Shown here: positions 26,672-36,550 of the stretch, piece after piece
Position numbering within the stretch: the first letter of the stretch is position 1
How the letters are laid out: every line of letters starts with the position of its first letter
Assembly (NCBI GenBank): GCA_947258385.1
Contig: CAMYII010000039.1
Coordinates: forward strand, 19,723 to 83,722
Direction: 5' to 3'
From: Acidiferrobacterales bacterium
GTDB lineage: Bacteria > Pseudomonadota > Gammaproteobacteria > Acidiferrobacterales > SZUA-150
DNA: 64,000 nt
Made by a program: the position numbers and the translations under genes
Notes under the pieces: generated by a model
What the model saw: the letters and a program-made list of their open reading frames with translations, nothing else
Told to the model about the DNA's origin: nothing
Database searches by the model: none

Positions 26672-26865
26672 TCGGGCTTCCTAAGGGCATTATCTTTTTA
26701 TCTTCACGCCCCTTTTAACACAAATTAAGACAATTTCAGAGATTCTTGGCGCCAAAATCCGGAAAAAGCACGTCGGCCCCCCATCGGCCAGCGCCAACGG
26801 CATCACCCGCACCGCCGCAATGCGCCCAAAGCCCTTTGTGCGCTGACTCGGCTGTCGTCGGAACG

Positions 26866-27627
26866 TCAGTTACGCAGTTTATACCCCCGCCGCAGCAGCA
26901 GCATCGTCAGCGCGGCAAGGGCCAGCAGGCAGAGGCCCACGATCGCCAGACTCAGCAGGGGATCCACATCGGAAACCCCGAAGAAACCATAGCGGAAACC
27001 GTCGATCATGTAGAAAAAGGGATTGAAACGCGAGAGCCGCTGCCAGAATTCAGGCAACGAATGCAGCGAATAAAATACGCCGCTCAGGAACGACAAAGGC
27101 ACAATGATGAAATTCTGAAAACCCGCGAGTTGATCGAACTTCTCCGCCCACATGCCGGCGATGATCCCGAGGTTACCCAGGGCGGCGCTGCCCAGAAGCG
27201 CGAAGGACAGGACCGCCACGGTATTATGCAGCGGCAAGGGCACGAACGCGATCGCCACCAGATAGATCCCGGCCCCCACGACGATGCCCCGCACCGCCGC
27301 CGCCAGCATAAAACCGAGATACAACTCCAGATGCGACAGCGGCGACAATAAGATAAAGACGAGATTGCCGGTGACCTTGGACTGGATCAGGCTCGATGAG
27401 CTGTTGGCGAATGCATTCTGAATAATCGACATCATGATCAGACCCGGGACCAGGAACGCGGTATAACTCACCTGTTCGTAGACCTGCACGTGCTCCGCCA
27501 GGACATGGGAGAAGATCAGCAGATACAACAGCGAGACAATGACAGGCGCCATCAGGGTCTGCAACGCGACCTTGGCGAAGCGCAGCAGCTCCTTGTAAAA
27601 CAAGGTGTAGAGCCCACGCAGGTTCAA
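26866..27627 (-). CDS. ABC-2 type transporter permease
   Basis: 253 aa with multiple TM segments. It overlaps the upstream ATPase gene by 4 nt. Confidence 0.85.
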   Translation of the reverse strand: MNLRGLYTLFYKELLRFAKVALQTLMAPVIVSLLYLLIFSHVLAEHVQVYEQVSYTAFLVPGLIMMSIIQNAFANSSSSLIQSKVTGNLVFILLSPLSHLELYLGFMLAAAVRGIVVGAGIYLVAIAFVPLPLHNTVAVLSFALLGSAALGNLGIIAGMWAEKFDQLAGFQNFIIVPLSFLSGVFYSLHSLPEFWQRLSRFNPFFYMIDGFRYGFFGVSDVDPLLSLAIVGLCLLALAALTMLLLRRGYKLRN

Positions 27628-28559
27628 TGCCCGGCAACCTCGCTGCGCGTGCGGGTCAATTCAATGAACACATCTTCCAGGTCGGCCTCGACGGTCTGTA
27701 GATCAACAATTGCGACGCCGGCCGTGCGCAGGGAATCGAGCACCTCAATGATGGAATCGCTGTCCTTGTTCAGCTGAAACACCAGACGCGTGGCATCGCG
27801 CTCCTTGAGCTTGGCCTCCAAAGCGCTTGGCAGTGCGGTCACCGGCTCGGCCGTCGTGATGCACACGCACAAGGTGTTACCTATCCCCTGCTCCATCAGG
27901 CCCTGCGTGGTATCCAGCGCCACCAGGGCGCCGTGGTTGAGAATCCCGATGCGGTCACACAGGGCCTCGGCCTCCTCCAGGTAGTGGGTGGTCAGCACGA
28001 TGGTATGGCCGTGCCGGTGCAGGCGCTGGATAAACTCCCACAGGGATTTGCGCAACTCCACGTCCACCCCGGCGGTGGGCTCGTCCAGCACCACCACCTC
28101 GGGTTTATGGACCAGGGCCTGGGCCACCAGCACGCGGCGCTTCATGCCGCCGGAAAGCGTGCGCATATTGGCGCTGGCCTTGTCGCTCAGCATCAATGCC
28201 TGCAGCAATTCATCGAGCCAGGCCTCGTTTGCCGCTCCCAGACCGAAATAGCCGGACTGGATTTGCAGTACCTCGCGCACGGTGAAAAAGGGATCGAATA
28301 CCAGTTCCTGCGGCACGATGCCGAGCGCCTGGCGTGCCGGGCGGTATTCGTTGACGACATCGTGGCCGAGCACGGCGACCGTACCGGCGTCGGCACGGGT
28401 GAGCCCCGCGATGATATTGATGAGCGTCGACTTTCCGGCGCCGTTCGGGCCCAGCAGACCGAAGAACTCACCGCGCCCGATCGTCAGATCGATGCCCTCA
28501 AGGGCGCGGACGCGCCCGAAACGCTTATGCACAGCGCTTATCGCAACGGCCGCCGTCAT
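27624..28559 (-). CDS. ABC transporter ATP-binding protein (ABC-2 exporter partner)
   Basis: Walker A GPNGAGKST, signature LSGGMKRR, Walker B VVVLDEPT, H-loop TTHY. Confidence 0.9.
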   Translation of the reverse strand: MTAAVAISAVHKRFGRVRALEGIDLTIGRGEFFGLLGPNGAGKSTLINIIAGLTRADAGTVAVLGHDVVNEYRPARQALGIVPQELVFDPFFTVREVLQIQSGYFGLGAANEAWLDELLQALMLSDKASANMRTLSGGMKRRVLVAQALVHKPEVVVLDEPTAGVDVELRKSLWEFIQRLHRHGHTIVLTTHYLEEAEALCDRIGILNHGALVALDTTQGLMEQGIGNTLCVCITTAEPVTALPSALEAKLKERDATRLVFQLNKDSDSIIEVLDSLRTAGVAIVDLQTVEADLEDVFIELTRTRSEVAGH

Positions 28560-28562
28560 CGT

Positions 28563-28871
28563 CTAACTGGACTCGGTTGGGAACAGATCCTGCAGCCCGC
28601 TGATGCGGATGAGATTTGCCAGCTGCGTGGGGATATTGGCGAAGCTGAGCTGTAACTGCCTGGCGCGGGCGAGGCGTAACCATTCGATCATCAGGGCAAG
28701 TCCGGCGCTGTCGGCCCGGCTGACCTGTTTGAGATCAACCGTAATGACGCGCTCGCCTGACGCCAACCACTCAGACGATTGCTTGAGCAGCGCGGGCACG
28801 GTGGCGAAGGTCAGCAGTCCGCTGATTTCATAGCTGCCGTCTTCCCGTAGGACAACATGGCTGGTATTCAC
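28563..28871 (-). CDS. mlaB: STAS-domain protein MlaB
   Basis: 102 aa with an STAS/anti-sigma-antagonist-like fold pattern. It is the last gene of the mlaFEDCB array. Confidence 0.75.
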   Translation of the reverse strand: MNTSHVVLREDGSYEISGLLTFATVPALLKQSSEWLASGERVITVDLKQVSRADSAGLALMIEWLRLARARQLQLSFANIPTQLANLIRISGLQDLFPTESS

Positions 28872-29521
28872 TTTGGCGCCGGCTTGACCGTCTCCGGACC
28901 CGTCGACGCCATGCTGGCGATCAGGGCATCCAGACCCTGTTTCCTGATTTTATCGGCATACACACTGCGGTAATTGGTCACCATGCTGATTCCGTCGATG
29001 GAGACGTCATAGACCTTCCACTCGGCCTTCTCGTCCTTTTTGTAAAATCGGTAGTAGAGCGGAATATTGGGGCCGCCGCTGCTGCGCTTGACCTCGGTTT
29101 TGACCTCCACACGCTTGTCCCCGGGATTCGCGCGGAACGGCAGCATGATGATTTCCTCATCGGTATAGTTCAGCAACGCGGTCGCATAGGTGCGCACCAG
29201 CAGATCGCGAAACTCGCCGGCAAACCGCGTGCGTTGGTCTTCGCTCGCACCCCGCCAGTGACGGGCCAGCACCAGTTTGGACATGGCGCGAAAATCGAAG
29301 TGCGGCAGAATATGCTCATAGACCATTGCGTACAACTTAGCGTTATCCTGCTCGTAGAGCGCATGGTTCTGCTTCAGGAGCGCCTGTATCTTGTCGGTTG
29401 TCGTCCGCACCAGTTCATCGGGCATGGCCTGGGCCTGCACGGGGGCCATCGCAAGCGTCAACAGCAATAACAGCACATGCACGGATTTGCCATTGATCAG
29501 ATTCATATATATCACTCCCAT
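28868..29521 (-). CDS. mlaC: Periplasmic phospholipid-binding protein MlaC (Ttg2D-like)
   Basis: Signal peptide (LLLLLTLAMAPVQAQA) and a toluene-tolerance family body. The true start may be the internal MNLINGK. Confidence 0.85.
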   Translation of the reverse strand: MGVIYMNLINGKSVHVLLLLLTLAMAPVQAQAMPDELVRTTTDKIQALLKQNHALYEQDNAKLYAMVYEHILPHFDFRAMSKLVLARHWRGASEDQRTRFAGEFRDLLVRTYATALLNYTDEEIIMLPFRANPGDKRVEVKTEVKRSSGGPNIPLYYRFYKKDEKAEWKVYDVSIDGISMVTNYRSVYADKIRKQGLDALIASMASTGPETVKPAPK

Positions 29522-29551
29522 CGTTTTATTGTCCGGCCGCCACTTTACTCG

Positions 29552-30037
29552 CTACTTGGCGTCCGATCCCGCCGCCTTGCTGTACAGGAACTGACTGATC
29601 ATTTTCTCCAGTATAAAGGCGGACTGTGTAATGGTTAATTCATCACCGTCTTTGAGGACCTCTTCATCGCCACCGGGCTCCAGCGCGACATACTGTTCGC
29701 CCAGTAACCCGGCCGTGAGAATCGAGGCACCGGTGTCTTTGGGCAGCTCGCCGTACTGCTTGCTAATATTAAGTGTAGCAATTGCGTAAAAATTCTCATC
29801 CATGTGGATAGCCGCCACGCGCCCGATGCGCACCCCGCCGACGGTAATCGGCGCCTTGACCTTCAGCTGGCCGATGTTGTCGAAACGGGCCTTGAGCGTA
29901 TAACCCTTGGTCACATCAACACCGGTCAGATTACCCACCTTGAACGCAAGCATTGCCAGCGCAAACACCCCAGCGACGACGAACAGGCCTACCAGGAGTT
30001 CCAGCGTTTGTCTCCTCACCATGTCAGAGCTCTCCAA
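29552..30037 (-). CDS. mlaD: MCE-domain protein MlaD
   Basis: 161 aa with an N-terminal TM and an MCE domain ([15 protein letters not shown]). Confidence 0.9.
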   Translation of the reverse strand: MESSDMVRRQTLELLVGLFVVAGVFALAMLAFKVGNLTGVDVTKGYTLKARFDNIGQLKVKAPITVGGVRIGRVAAIHMDENFYAIATLNISKQYGELPKDTGASILTAGLLGEQYVALEPGGDEEVLKDGDELTITQSAFILEKMISQFLYSKAAGSDAK

Positions 30038-30833
30038 ACATCAGCGATGTCAAAATGAAGTCCAGTCCCAGCACGGCCAATGAGCCGTTCACCACCGTGC
30101 GCGTGGTGGCGCGACTGACCCCTTCGGAGGTGGGCACGGTGTCATAACCTTCGAACACCGCGATCCAGGTTACCACAAAGCCGAATACGAAACTTTTGAT
30201 GACGCCGTTCAGGATGTCGTCCTGAAAATCCACCCCGTCCTGCATGCGCGACCAGAACAGCCCCTCATCCACGCCGATCAGCCCGACCCCGACCAGATGC
30301 CCGCCCCACACGCCGACCGCCGTGAAGATCGCGGCGAGCAGCGGCATCGAGAATAATCCGGCAAAAAATCGCGGCGCCACGACGCGCGTCAGCGGGTTGA
30401 CCGCCATCATTTCCATGCCCGCCAGCTGTTCGGTGGCCTTCATCAGGCCGATCTCCGCGGTCAAGGCCGAGCCCGCGCGCCCGGCGAACAACAGTGCGGC
30501 GACCACCGGCCCCAACTCGCGGGTCAGCGACAGCGCCACGAGCAAGCCCAGGGAGGATTCGGCGCCAAAATCCGACAGCGTGTAATAGCCCTGCAGTCCG
30601 AGCACCATGCCGACGAAGAGCCCGGACACCAGAATAATCAACACGGTAAGCACACCCACGTTGTGCATCTGCCGGATCACCAGGTGGAAACGCCGAAGCG
30701 CGGTACCGGTGCCCGCCAGTACCGCCAGCATGAACAGGCTGGCGTGACCCAGGCGCTCCACCCGGGCGAGCACCCAGCGGCCCAGACTACGGATACCGTC
30801 CACCCGGCCTCTCCTCAAGCAGATCATCGACAT
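30024..30833 (-). CDS. mlaE: Phospholipid ABC transporter permease MlaE
   Basis: Aligns with MlaE family sequence ([33 protein letters not shown]; [27 protein letters not shown]). Confidence 0.9.
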   Translation of the reverse strand: MSMICLRRGRVDGIRSLGRWVLARVERLGHASLFMLAVLAGTGTALRRFHLVIRQMHNVGVLTVLIILVSGLFVGMVLGLQGYYTLSDFGAESSLGLLVALSLTRELGPVVAALLFAGRAGSALTAEIGLMKATEQLAGMEMMAVNPLTRVVAPRFFAGLFSMPLLAAIFTAVGVWGGHLVGVGLIGVDEGLFWSRMQDGVDFQDDILNGVIKSFVFGFVVTWIAVFEGYDTVPTSEGVSRATTRTVVNGSLAVLGLDFILTSLMFGEL

Positions 30834-31588
30834 AGCTCATCGAAGGATAATGGAACGGCACGGGGCCGTCGGGCAGGCCGTTGACGAACTGGCGCACGTC
30901 CCTGATCAGCAGCTTGATATCGCCGGCCGCGCCACCGACGGCAGCAAACAAGTCGGCGCCTTCAAGCCCCTCGAGGGTACCGCCTTTTGCCAGCGGTGCC
31001 TTGCTGGCGCCTTCCTATGAGCTTGACGATGATCCCCATGGAGATCGGGTCCAGGCCGGTAAAGGGCTCATCGTACATGACGATCATCGGATCGAGCGCA
31101 ATGGCACGCGCCAGGGCGACGCGCCGGGCCATGCCGCCTGAGAGCTCCGCGGGCATCAGATCGCGCGCGCCCCGCAGGCCGACGAGTTGTAGTTTGAATA
31201 ACACCAGATGGCGAATCACGGTCTCGGGCAGCCGCGTGTGCTCGCGGATGGGGAAGGCCACGTTCTCAAATACGTTCAGATCGGTCAGTAACGCCCCGGA
31301 CTGGAACAACAGCCCCATGCGCTTGCGCAAGGCATAGAGCGCTTTGGTGGCAAGCCGGGGAACGGAAAGCCCGTCCACCACCACCTCCCCGGCCTCGGGC
31401 CGCAGACGCCCGCCGATCAGGTTCAAGATGGTGGTCTTGCCGGTGCCGCTGCTGCCAAGGATGGCCGTCACCTTGCCGCGCGGGATCGACAGCGACAGAT
31501 TTTCCAGGATTGGGCGCGCGCCGCGCCGGAACGTGAGGTTCCGCAGCTCGACCAGCGGGGTATCGTTTTGGTTTTCAGGCTGGTTCAA
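30787..31588 (-). pseudogene. mlaF: mlaF (phospholipid ABC transporter ATPase), reading frame broken and H-loop segment missing
   Basis: The 5' frame (31588..30962) encodes Walker A GSSGTGKTT, the Q-loop, signature LSGGMARR and Walker B MIVMYDEPF. It then ends as KLIGRRQQGTAGKRRYPRGA-stop. The conserved MlaF C-terminus ([30 protein letters not shown]) is in another frame, open 31014..30790. No frame encodes the [ST]HD H-loop block. Confidence 0.6.
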
Positions 31589-31750
31589 AAGACGATTCTG
31601 TGTGTTCTCATATTCAGATTTGTTGTATCACCGGCGCCCGCGTGGCGCACCGCGGCCGGGGTACGGCCGGCGGCCTATTGTATTCACTCTTGCCGGGCAT
31701 GTAATCCCCGTACGGGTCGTGTTTATCGCCAACGCCGAGCCGGTGGGCAG

Positions 31751-32458
31751 TCACACACCCAGCAATTCAGCGATGGTGCGTGCCTGCGAGGCGTTAACTC
31801 CGGCGCCGGGACCATCAAAAAAAAGCGCTGCGAGTCCCGCCTCACCCATCCACCGGTCCAGCGATTCGATCACCTGGCGTTGGGCGTCCGGCTCGTGCTC
31901 ACGCGAGAAGGCCACGAGGAAATCGCCGCCGGCCGGGGGCGATTCCTGCGGCTCGGCCCGCCAACACAGGCCGACGCCATGACGGGCGAGCGCGTCCATG
32001 ACCCCGGCTTGCCCTCGCAGCGGTGCCGCAAGATCGACACAGAGCCGGTAGTGCCGTTTCACCAACGGCACCATCTCGCGCAGCCAGGCCTCGACAGCGC
32101 TCGCCTCGGGGCCAAGTGTGGCCAGCAGGCCTGCGGCCTGTGACTGGATCGGCGCGATAAGTTGTAAAAACTCATGGAACCGCTGCTCTGCCGCGGAGAA
32201 TGGCTGCGGCGATACTAGCTCAGCGGGCAGCGCCAGCACAAAACGGAATTCCGGGTAGCTGTCCTCGGCCCAGACCGCGGTGTCCGCGGGCGTGACGCCC
32301 ACCCACGACGCCTCGGGCACCAGCACGGACCGCAACCCGGTGCAGTAATAGCTCAGACGCCAGTCGCGCGGCAGATCCGCCGGGTAAAACCCGCCCGCCC
32401 ACGCGTCGTGGTCCCAACCGCAAGTCCCGACCAATAGTTCTTCGACCATTGTTGCCAC
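31751..32458 (-). CDS. DUF72 (YecE-like) family protein
   Basis: The N-terminus LLVGTCGWDHDAWAGGFYPADLPRDWRLSYY matches the DUF72 pattern (GtsGW...W.g.FYP......L.yY). Confidence 0.5.
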   Translation of the reverse strand: MATMVEELLVGTCGWDHDAWAGGFYPADLPRDWRLSYYCTGLRSVLVPEASWVGVTPADTAVWAEDSYPEFRFVLALPAELVSPQPFSAAEQRFHEFLQLIAPIQSQAAGLLATLGPEASAVEAWLREMVPLVKRHYRLCVDLAAPLRGQAGVMDALARHGVGLCWRAEPQESPPAGGDFLVAFSREHEPDAQRQVIESLDRWMGEAGLAALFFDGPGAGVNASQARTIAELLGV

Positions 32459-32486
32459 CCGCTCACGCCGTACCGCATCCCATGGA

Positions 32487-34460
32487 TCAACCTTTCAACA
32501 ACAACTCCTCCGCCTCTTCCAAGGTGGCGGGGGTGCCGTAGAGCACCAGCACATCGCCGGCCAGCAGCCGGGTATCCAGCGCCGGCTGGGGGCCGCGGAT
32601 GCCACCGCGCTTGATCGCGGTCACGCGCACATCCACCGTATTGAAATTCAGCTCCGCCAGGGTACGCCCGGCGGCGTAGGCACCCTCGGGCAGGGTAATC
32701 GAATGCAGACGCTGAAGATAGGCCGGCTCATCGGTGACATCCGGGTCCTGGCCATGAAAAAAACCGCGCAGCATCTGGTAACGCTCCCCGCGTACGCGGC
32801 GCACTTGGTGGATGATATGGGACGTGGGTATGCCAAGCAGCAATAAGACATGGGAGCCGATCATGAGGCTGCCTTCCAGGCTCTCGGGCACGACCTCGGT
32901 GGCACCAGCGGCGTACAGCCGCTCCAGATCGGCATCGTCGACCGTGCGCACGATGACGGGCATATCCAGGCGCAGCGCGCGGGTCAGTTCCAGCACACGC
33001 AGCGCGAGAGGCACATCATTGAAACTGACCACCAGCGCCCTGGCGCGGCGCAGCCCCGCGGCGTGCAACACGTCGCGCCGGGCCACATCGCCGAACACCA
33101 CCGGCTTGCCGGCATCGCGGGCATCGCGCACCCGCACCGGGTCCAGGTCCAGCGCCAGGCTGGGGATGCCTTCCTGCTCCAGCATCCAGGCCAGGTTCTG
33201 GCCGCTTCTGCCGTAACCGCAGATGATCACATGGCTGTCGGCATGCCTGGCCTCATCGCGGATGATATCGATTTTACTGCTGCGCTGACGCCCGTAGCTC
33301 GGAACCAATCGGTGGGCCACGACGGCGTTGTAGTGGATGATCAGCGGTGCCAGCGCCATGCTGAGAATCACCGCGGCCAGGATGATCTGCATGGCCTCGC
33401 CGACCAGCACGGCGTACTTCTGCGCCTGGACCATCAGGGCGAAGCTGAACTCGCCGCCCTGGGCCAGCAACAGGCCGGTGCGCAGGGCCACGCCGGTTTC
33501 CATCGCGAACAGCTTGCCGAGCAGCGTGATCAATACCGTCTTGAACAACACGATCGCCGCCACGCAGAGCAGCACCCACTGCCAGTAACCGACCACCACG
33601 CGCAGATCGAGCAGCATGCCGACGGTCACGAAGAACAGGCCCATCAGCACGTCCTGGAACGGCAGGATATCGCCTTCCACCTGGTGGCGGAATTCGGTCT
33701 CCGCCAACATCATGCCCGCGAGAAAGGCCCCCAGCGCGAGCGACAAGCCCGCAACATGCGTCAGCCAGGCGGCGCTCAGGCTCAGCAGTAAAACCGTCAA
33801 CATGAAGAACTCGCGCGAACGCGCCAACGCGACCTCGTGCAACAGCGGTCGTAGCAGCCAGCGGCCGAGAAGAATGATCCCGACCAGGACCACGACGCTT
33901 TTGGCCAGCGCCAGGCCCAGTGTCCAGAGAAGCGAATGCTCGGTATCGCCCGCCAGGGCCGGAATCAAGATCAGGAAGGGGACCACGATCAGGTCCTGAA
34001 ACAACAGCACACCGAACGCGTGCTGGCCGTGACGGGAATTCTGCTCCAGACGCTCGACCATCAGCTTCATCACGATCGCGGTGGACGACAAGGCCAGCAC
34101 CCCGCCGATGACGATCGCTCCTTCCGTCGGCACCCCCCAGAGCCAGGCGAGGGCGCCGAACAGCACGCAACTGATAAATACCTGGGCCCCACCCAGGCCC
34201 AACACATATCTTCTCATTGCCACCAGCTTGGGCAGAGAAAACTCCAGGCCGATGGTGAACATGAGGAAAACCAGGCCGAACTCCGCCAGATAGCGGGTCT
34301 CCTTGAGATCGGGGATCCAACTCAAACCATAGGGGCCGACCAGCACCCCGGCGCACAGATACGCCAGAATCTGCGGCAGGCGCAGATAGCGGAACACCGC
34401 CACCAGAATCACGGCAACGGCGAGCAGTATCAGGATGCTATGGAACCCAACATGGTCCAT
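32487..34460 (-). CDS. CPA2-family K+(Na+)/H+ antiporter with TrkA-N/TrkA-C domains (Kef/YbaL-like)
   Basis: Multi-TM Na_H exchanger body, a Rossmann motif VIICGYGRSGQ, and a C-terminal TrkA-C domain. I prefer ATG 34460 (MDHVGFHSILILLAV). Confidence 0.85.
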   Translation of the reverse strand: MDHVGFHSILILLAVAVILVAVFRYLRLPQILAYLCAGVLVGPYGLSWIPDLKETRYLAEFGLVFLMFTIGLEFSLPKLVAMRRYVLGLGGAQVFISCVLFGALAWLWGVPTEGAIVIGGVLALSSTAIVMKLMVERLEQNSRHGQHAFGVLLFQDLIVVPFLILIPALAGDTEHSLLWTLGLALAKSVVVLVGIILLGRWLLRPLLHEVALARSREFFMLTVLLLSLSAAWLTHVAGLSLALGAFLAGMMLAETEFRHQVEGDILPFQDVLMGLFFVTVGMLLDLRVVVGYWQWVLLCVAAIVLFKTVLITLLGKLFAMETGVALRTGLLLAQGGEFSFALMVQAQKYAVLVGEAMQIILAAVILSMALAPLIIHYNAVVAHRLVPSYGRQRSSKIDIIRDEARHADSHVIICGYGRSGQNLAWMLEQEGIPSLALDLDPVRVRDARDAGKPVVFGDVARRDVLHAAGLRRARALVVSFNDVPLALRVLELTRALRLDMPVIVRTVDDADLERLYAAGATEVVPESLEGSLMIGSHVLLLLGIPTSHIIHQVRRVRGERYQMLRGFFHGQDPDVTDEPAYLQRLHSITLPEGAYAAGRTLAELNFNTVDVRVTAIKRGGIRGPQPALDTRLLAGDVLVLYGTPATLEEAEELLLKG

Positions 34461-34527
34461 GGGATATCGTCCCGCCTTTGTTATACTCGGCAAAGAGTAC
34501 CGCAATCGCTGCCAATCCACGACACAG

Positions 34528-35502
34528 ATGACAAATATCTCCACTTACGAGCAACTGGGCCGGGCGGTCATTGAGCTGGAGGCCGCCGCTGTCGGCGCGC
34601 TCGCCGAACGGGTCGATGTGAATTTCGCCAAGGCCTGCAAGCTGATCGTCAAGGCCGAGGGCCGGGTGGTGGTTGTCGGGATGGGCAAGTCCGGACATAT
34701 CGGCGGCAAGATCGCCGCGACCCTGGCCAGCACCGGGACGCCGGCGTTCTTCGTGCATCCGGGGGAAGCCAGTCACGGTGATCTCGGCATGATTACCCAG
34801 GGAGACGTCGTGCTGGCGATCTCCAATTCCGGGGAAACCGGCGAGATCTTGACTATCCTGCCGATCATTAAGCGCATGAAGGTCGCACTGATCGCCATGA
34901 CCGGCAACGCCGAGTCGAGTCTGGGCCGGCAGGCCGATGTCGTGATCGATATCCGGGTCGAAAAAGAGGCCTGCCCCCTGAATCTGGCGCCGACCTCCAG
35001 CACCACGGCCGCCCTGGCCATGGGCGATGCGCTGGCGGTCGCGCTGTACAAGTCCCGCGGCTTTACCGAGGAAGACTTCGCCCGGTCCCATCCCGGCGGC
35101 CAGTTGGGCCGTCGCCTGCTGCTCTATGTCAGTGATATCATGCATCATGGAGACGATATTCCGCTGGTCACCGAAGATGCCAGCCTGCGCGCGGCGCTGC
35201 TGGAGATCACCAGCAAGGGGCTCGGGATGACCGGCGTGATTGATGCGCAACACAGGCTCTGCGGTATCTACACCGACGGCGACCTCAGGCGCACGCTGAA
35301 TCAGGGGATCGATGTCTATTCCGCCAAAATCACGGATGTCATGACGCGCAACCCAACAACCACGCGGGCCGACAGGCTCGCTGCGGAAATCGTTCAGCTT
35401 ATGCAGTCCAAGAGCATTAACGGGCTATTTGTCGTCGATGAGGACAATCGGGTTGTCGGTGCCCTGAATATGCACGACCTCCTCAGAGCCGGGATTATGT
35501 GA
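34528..35502 (+). CDS. kdsD: Arabinose-5-phosphate isomerase KdsD
   Basis: SIS domain (VVGMGKSGHIGGKIAATLASTGTPAFFVHP) plus tandem CBS domains. I prefer ATG 34528. Confidence 0.9.
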   Translation: MTNISTYEQLGRAVIELEAAAVGALAERVDVNFAKACKLIVKAEGRVVVVGMGKSGHIGGKIAATLASTGTPAFFVHPGEASHGDLGMITQGDVVLAISNSGETGEILTILPIIKRMKVALIAMTGNAESSLGRQADVVIDIRVEKEACPLNLAPTSSTTAALAMGDALAVALYKSRGFTEEDFARSHPGGQLGRRLLLYVSDIMHHGDDIPLVTEDASLRAALLEITSKGLGMTGVIDAQHRLCGIYTDGDLRRTLNQGIDVYSAKITDVMTRNPTTTRADRLAAEIVQLMQSKSINGLFVVDEDNRVVGALNMHDLLRAGIM

Positions 35503-36056
35503 TGAGCGAAACCATCTCGCCACCCTTTGCCATTGAACCGGCCGTGCTGAAACTGGCGGCGAATATTAAACTCGTTCTGTTCGATGTTGATGGCGTGCTG
35601 ACCGATGGACGTTTGTTCCTGGGCGATGATGGCCAGGAATACAAGGCATTCCATTCCCGTGACGGCCATGGCATGAAGATGCTGCAGCGCACCGGGGTGG
35701 AACTGGGCATAATCACCGGACGCACCTCCCGCGTGGTTGAGCACCGGGTCGCTGATCTCGGCATCAAGCATGTCCATCAAGGCTGCGCCGACAAACTACC
35801 TGTGTACGAAACCCTCATCAGTAAGATAGGCCTGACACCTGCCGAGACGGCGTACGTCGGTGATGATGTGGTCGATCTGCCTATCATGCTGCAGGTCGGA
35901 CTGGCGATTACCGTTCCAGACGCGCATCACCTGGTGAAAAAACACGCGCATTGGGTCACGCCGAGCCGTGGCGGCCAGGGTGCGGCCCGCGAGCTCTGCG
36001 AAATGATCATGTTCGCCCAGGGCAGCTACAGCGAAGAAATGCTGCGTTACCTTTAA
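35499..36056 (+). CDS. kdsC: KDO 8-phosphate phosphatase KdsC
   Basis: HAD motif LVLFDVDGVLTDG plus GDDVVDLP. It overlaps kdsD by 4 nt. Confidence 0.9.
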   Translation: MMSETISPPFAIEPAVLKLAANIKLVLFDVDGVLTDGRLFLGDDGQEYKAFHSRDGHGMKMLQRTGVELGIITGRTSRVVEHRVADLGIKHVHQGCADKLPVYETLISKIGLTPAETAYVGDDVVDLPIMLQVGLAITVPDAHHLVKKHAHWVTPSRGGQGAARELCEMIMFAQGSYSEEMLRYL

Positions 36057-36103
36057 CTTGATCATTTGTAATTACGGTCACAAATCGCAAGGGCGCATGC
36101 TCA

Positions 36104-36535
36104 ATGTACCGGGTAAATAATAGAATAATTACCCTGTTGGTGTTGCTTGTTGTGGCCGGGGCATCATGGTGGTTGTCGGACGTGCTTTTTCACAAGGAAA
36201 AGACATTACACGTAACAAACGAACGCCGACCGGATTATGTGATCGAAAACTTTTCTTCATCCGTAATGGACAAACAGGGAGAGAAAAAATATGTCCTTGA
36301 GGCAGAGCAACTGAGGCATTTTCCTGGTGAGGAAGTATCGGAGCTCGATAAACCCTATCTAATTCAGTTTAGCGCAACAGCCCCACCCGTACACACCCAT
36401 GCGGACCATGGACTGCTGTACCACCACAACAAGCGGATTCTAATGACCGGTAATGTCGAGATCACGAGGAAAGAACAGGAAAGCAGTGCGAAGAGCGTGG
36501 TAACAGCGAATCGGCTCGATATCTTTCTGGAATGA
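36104..36535 (+). CDS. lptC: LPS export protein LptC (short form, 143 aa)
   Basis: N-terminal TM anchor and PDYVIENF..LEAEQLRHF..LTGNVEI pattern. Position between kdsC and lptA fits. Confidence 0.65.
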   Translation: MYRVNNRIITLLVLLVVAGASWWLSDVLFHKEKTLHVTNERRPDYVIENFSSSVMDKQGEKKYVLEAEQLRHFPGEEVSELDKPYLIQFSATAPPVHTHADHGLLYHHNKRILMTGNVEITRKEQESSAKSVVTANRLDIFLE

Positions 36536-36550
36536 CACCTATTCAAAGCA

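Noticed and set aside
26672-26865. Search for a sigma-54 or clear sigma-70 promoter in front of the first T6SS gene (for example TTTTGGCGCCAAGAATCTC on the minus strand)
   Set aside because: The TGGCGC element has no TTGC-like -12 partner at the right spacing. I could not support any specific promoter call. The array may also be read through from the upstream ABC-2 genes.
33274-34356. 360-aa same-strand, out-of-frame ORF inside the Kef-type antiporter gene
   Set aside because: It is an alternative frame of a clearly coding multi-TM gene. The product is Arg/Gly/Pro-rich, which looks like a frame artefact.
36104-36535. LptC is only 143 aa and seems to lack the C-terminal third present in the ~190-aa E. 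coli/Pseudomonas proteins
   Set aside because: No continuation exists in another frame before lptA. I cannot exclude natural length variation in this lineage without an alignment, so I did not call a pseudogene.
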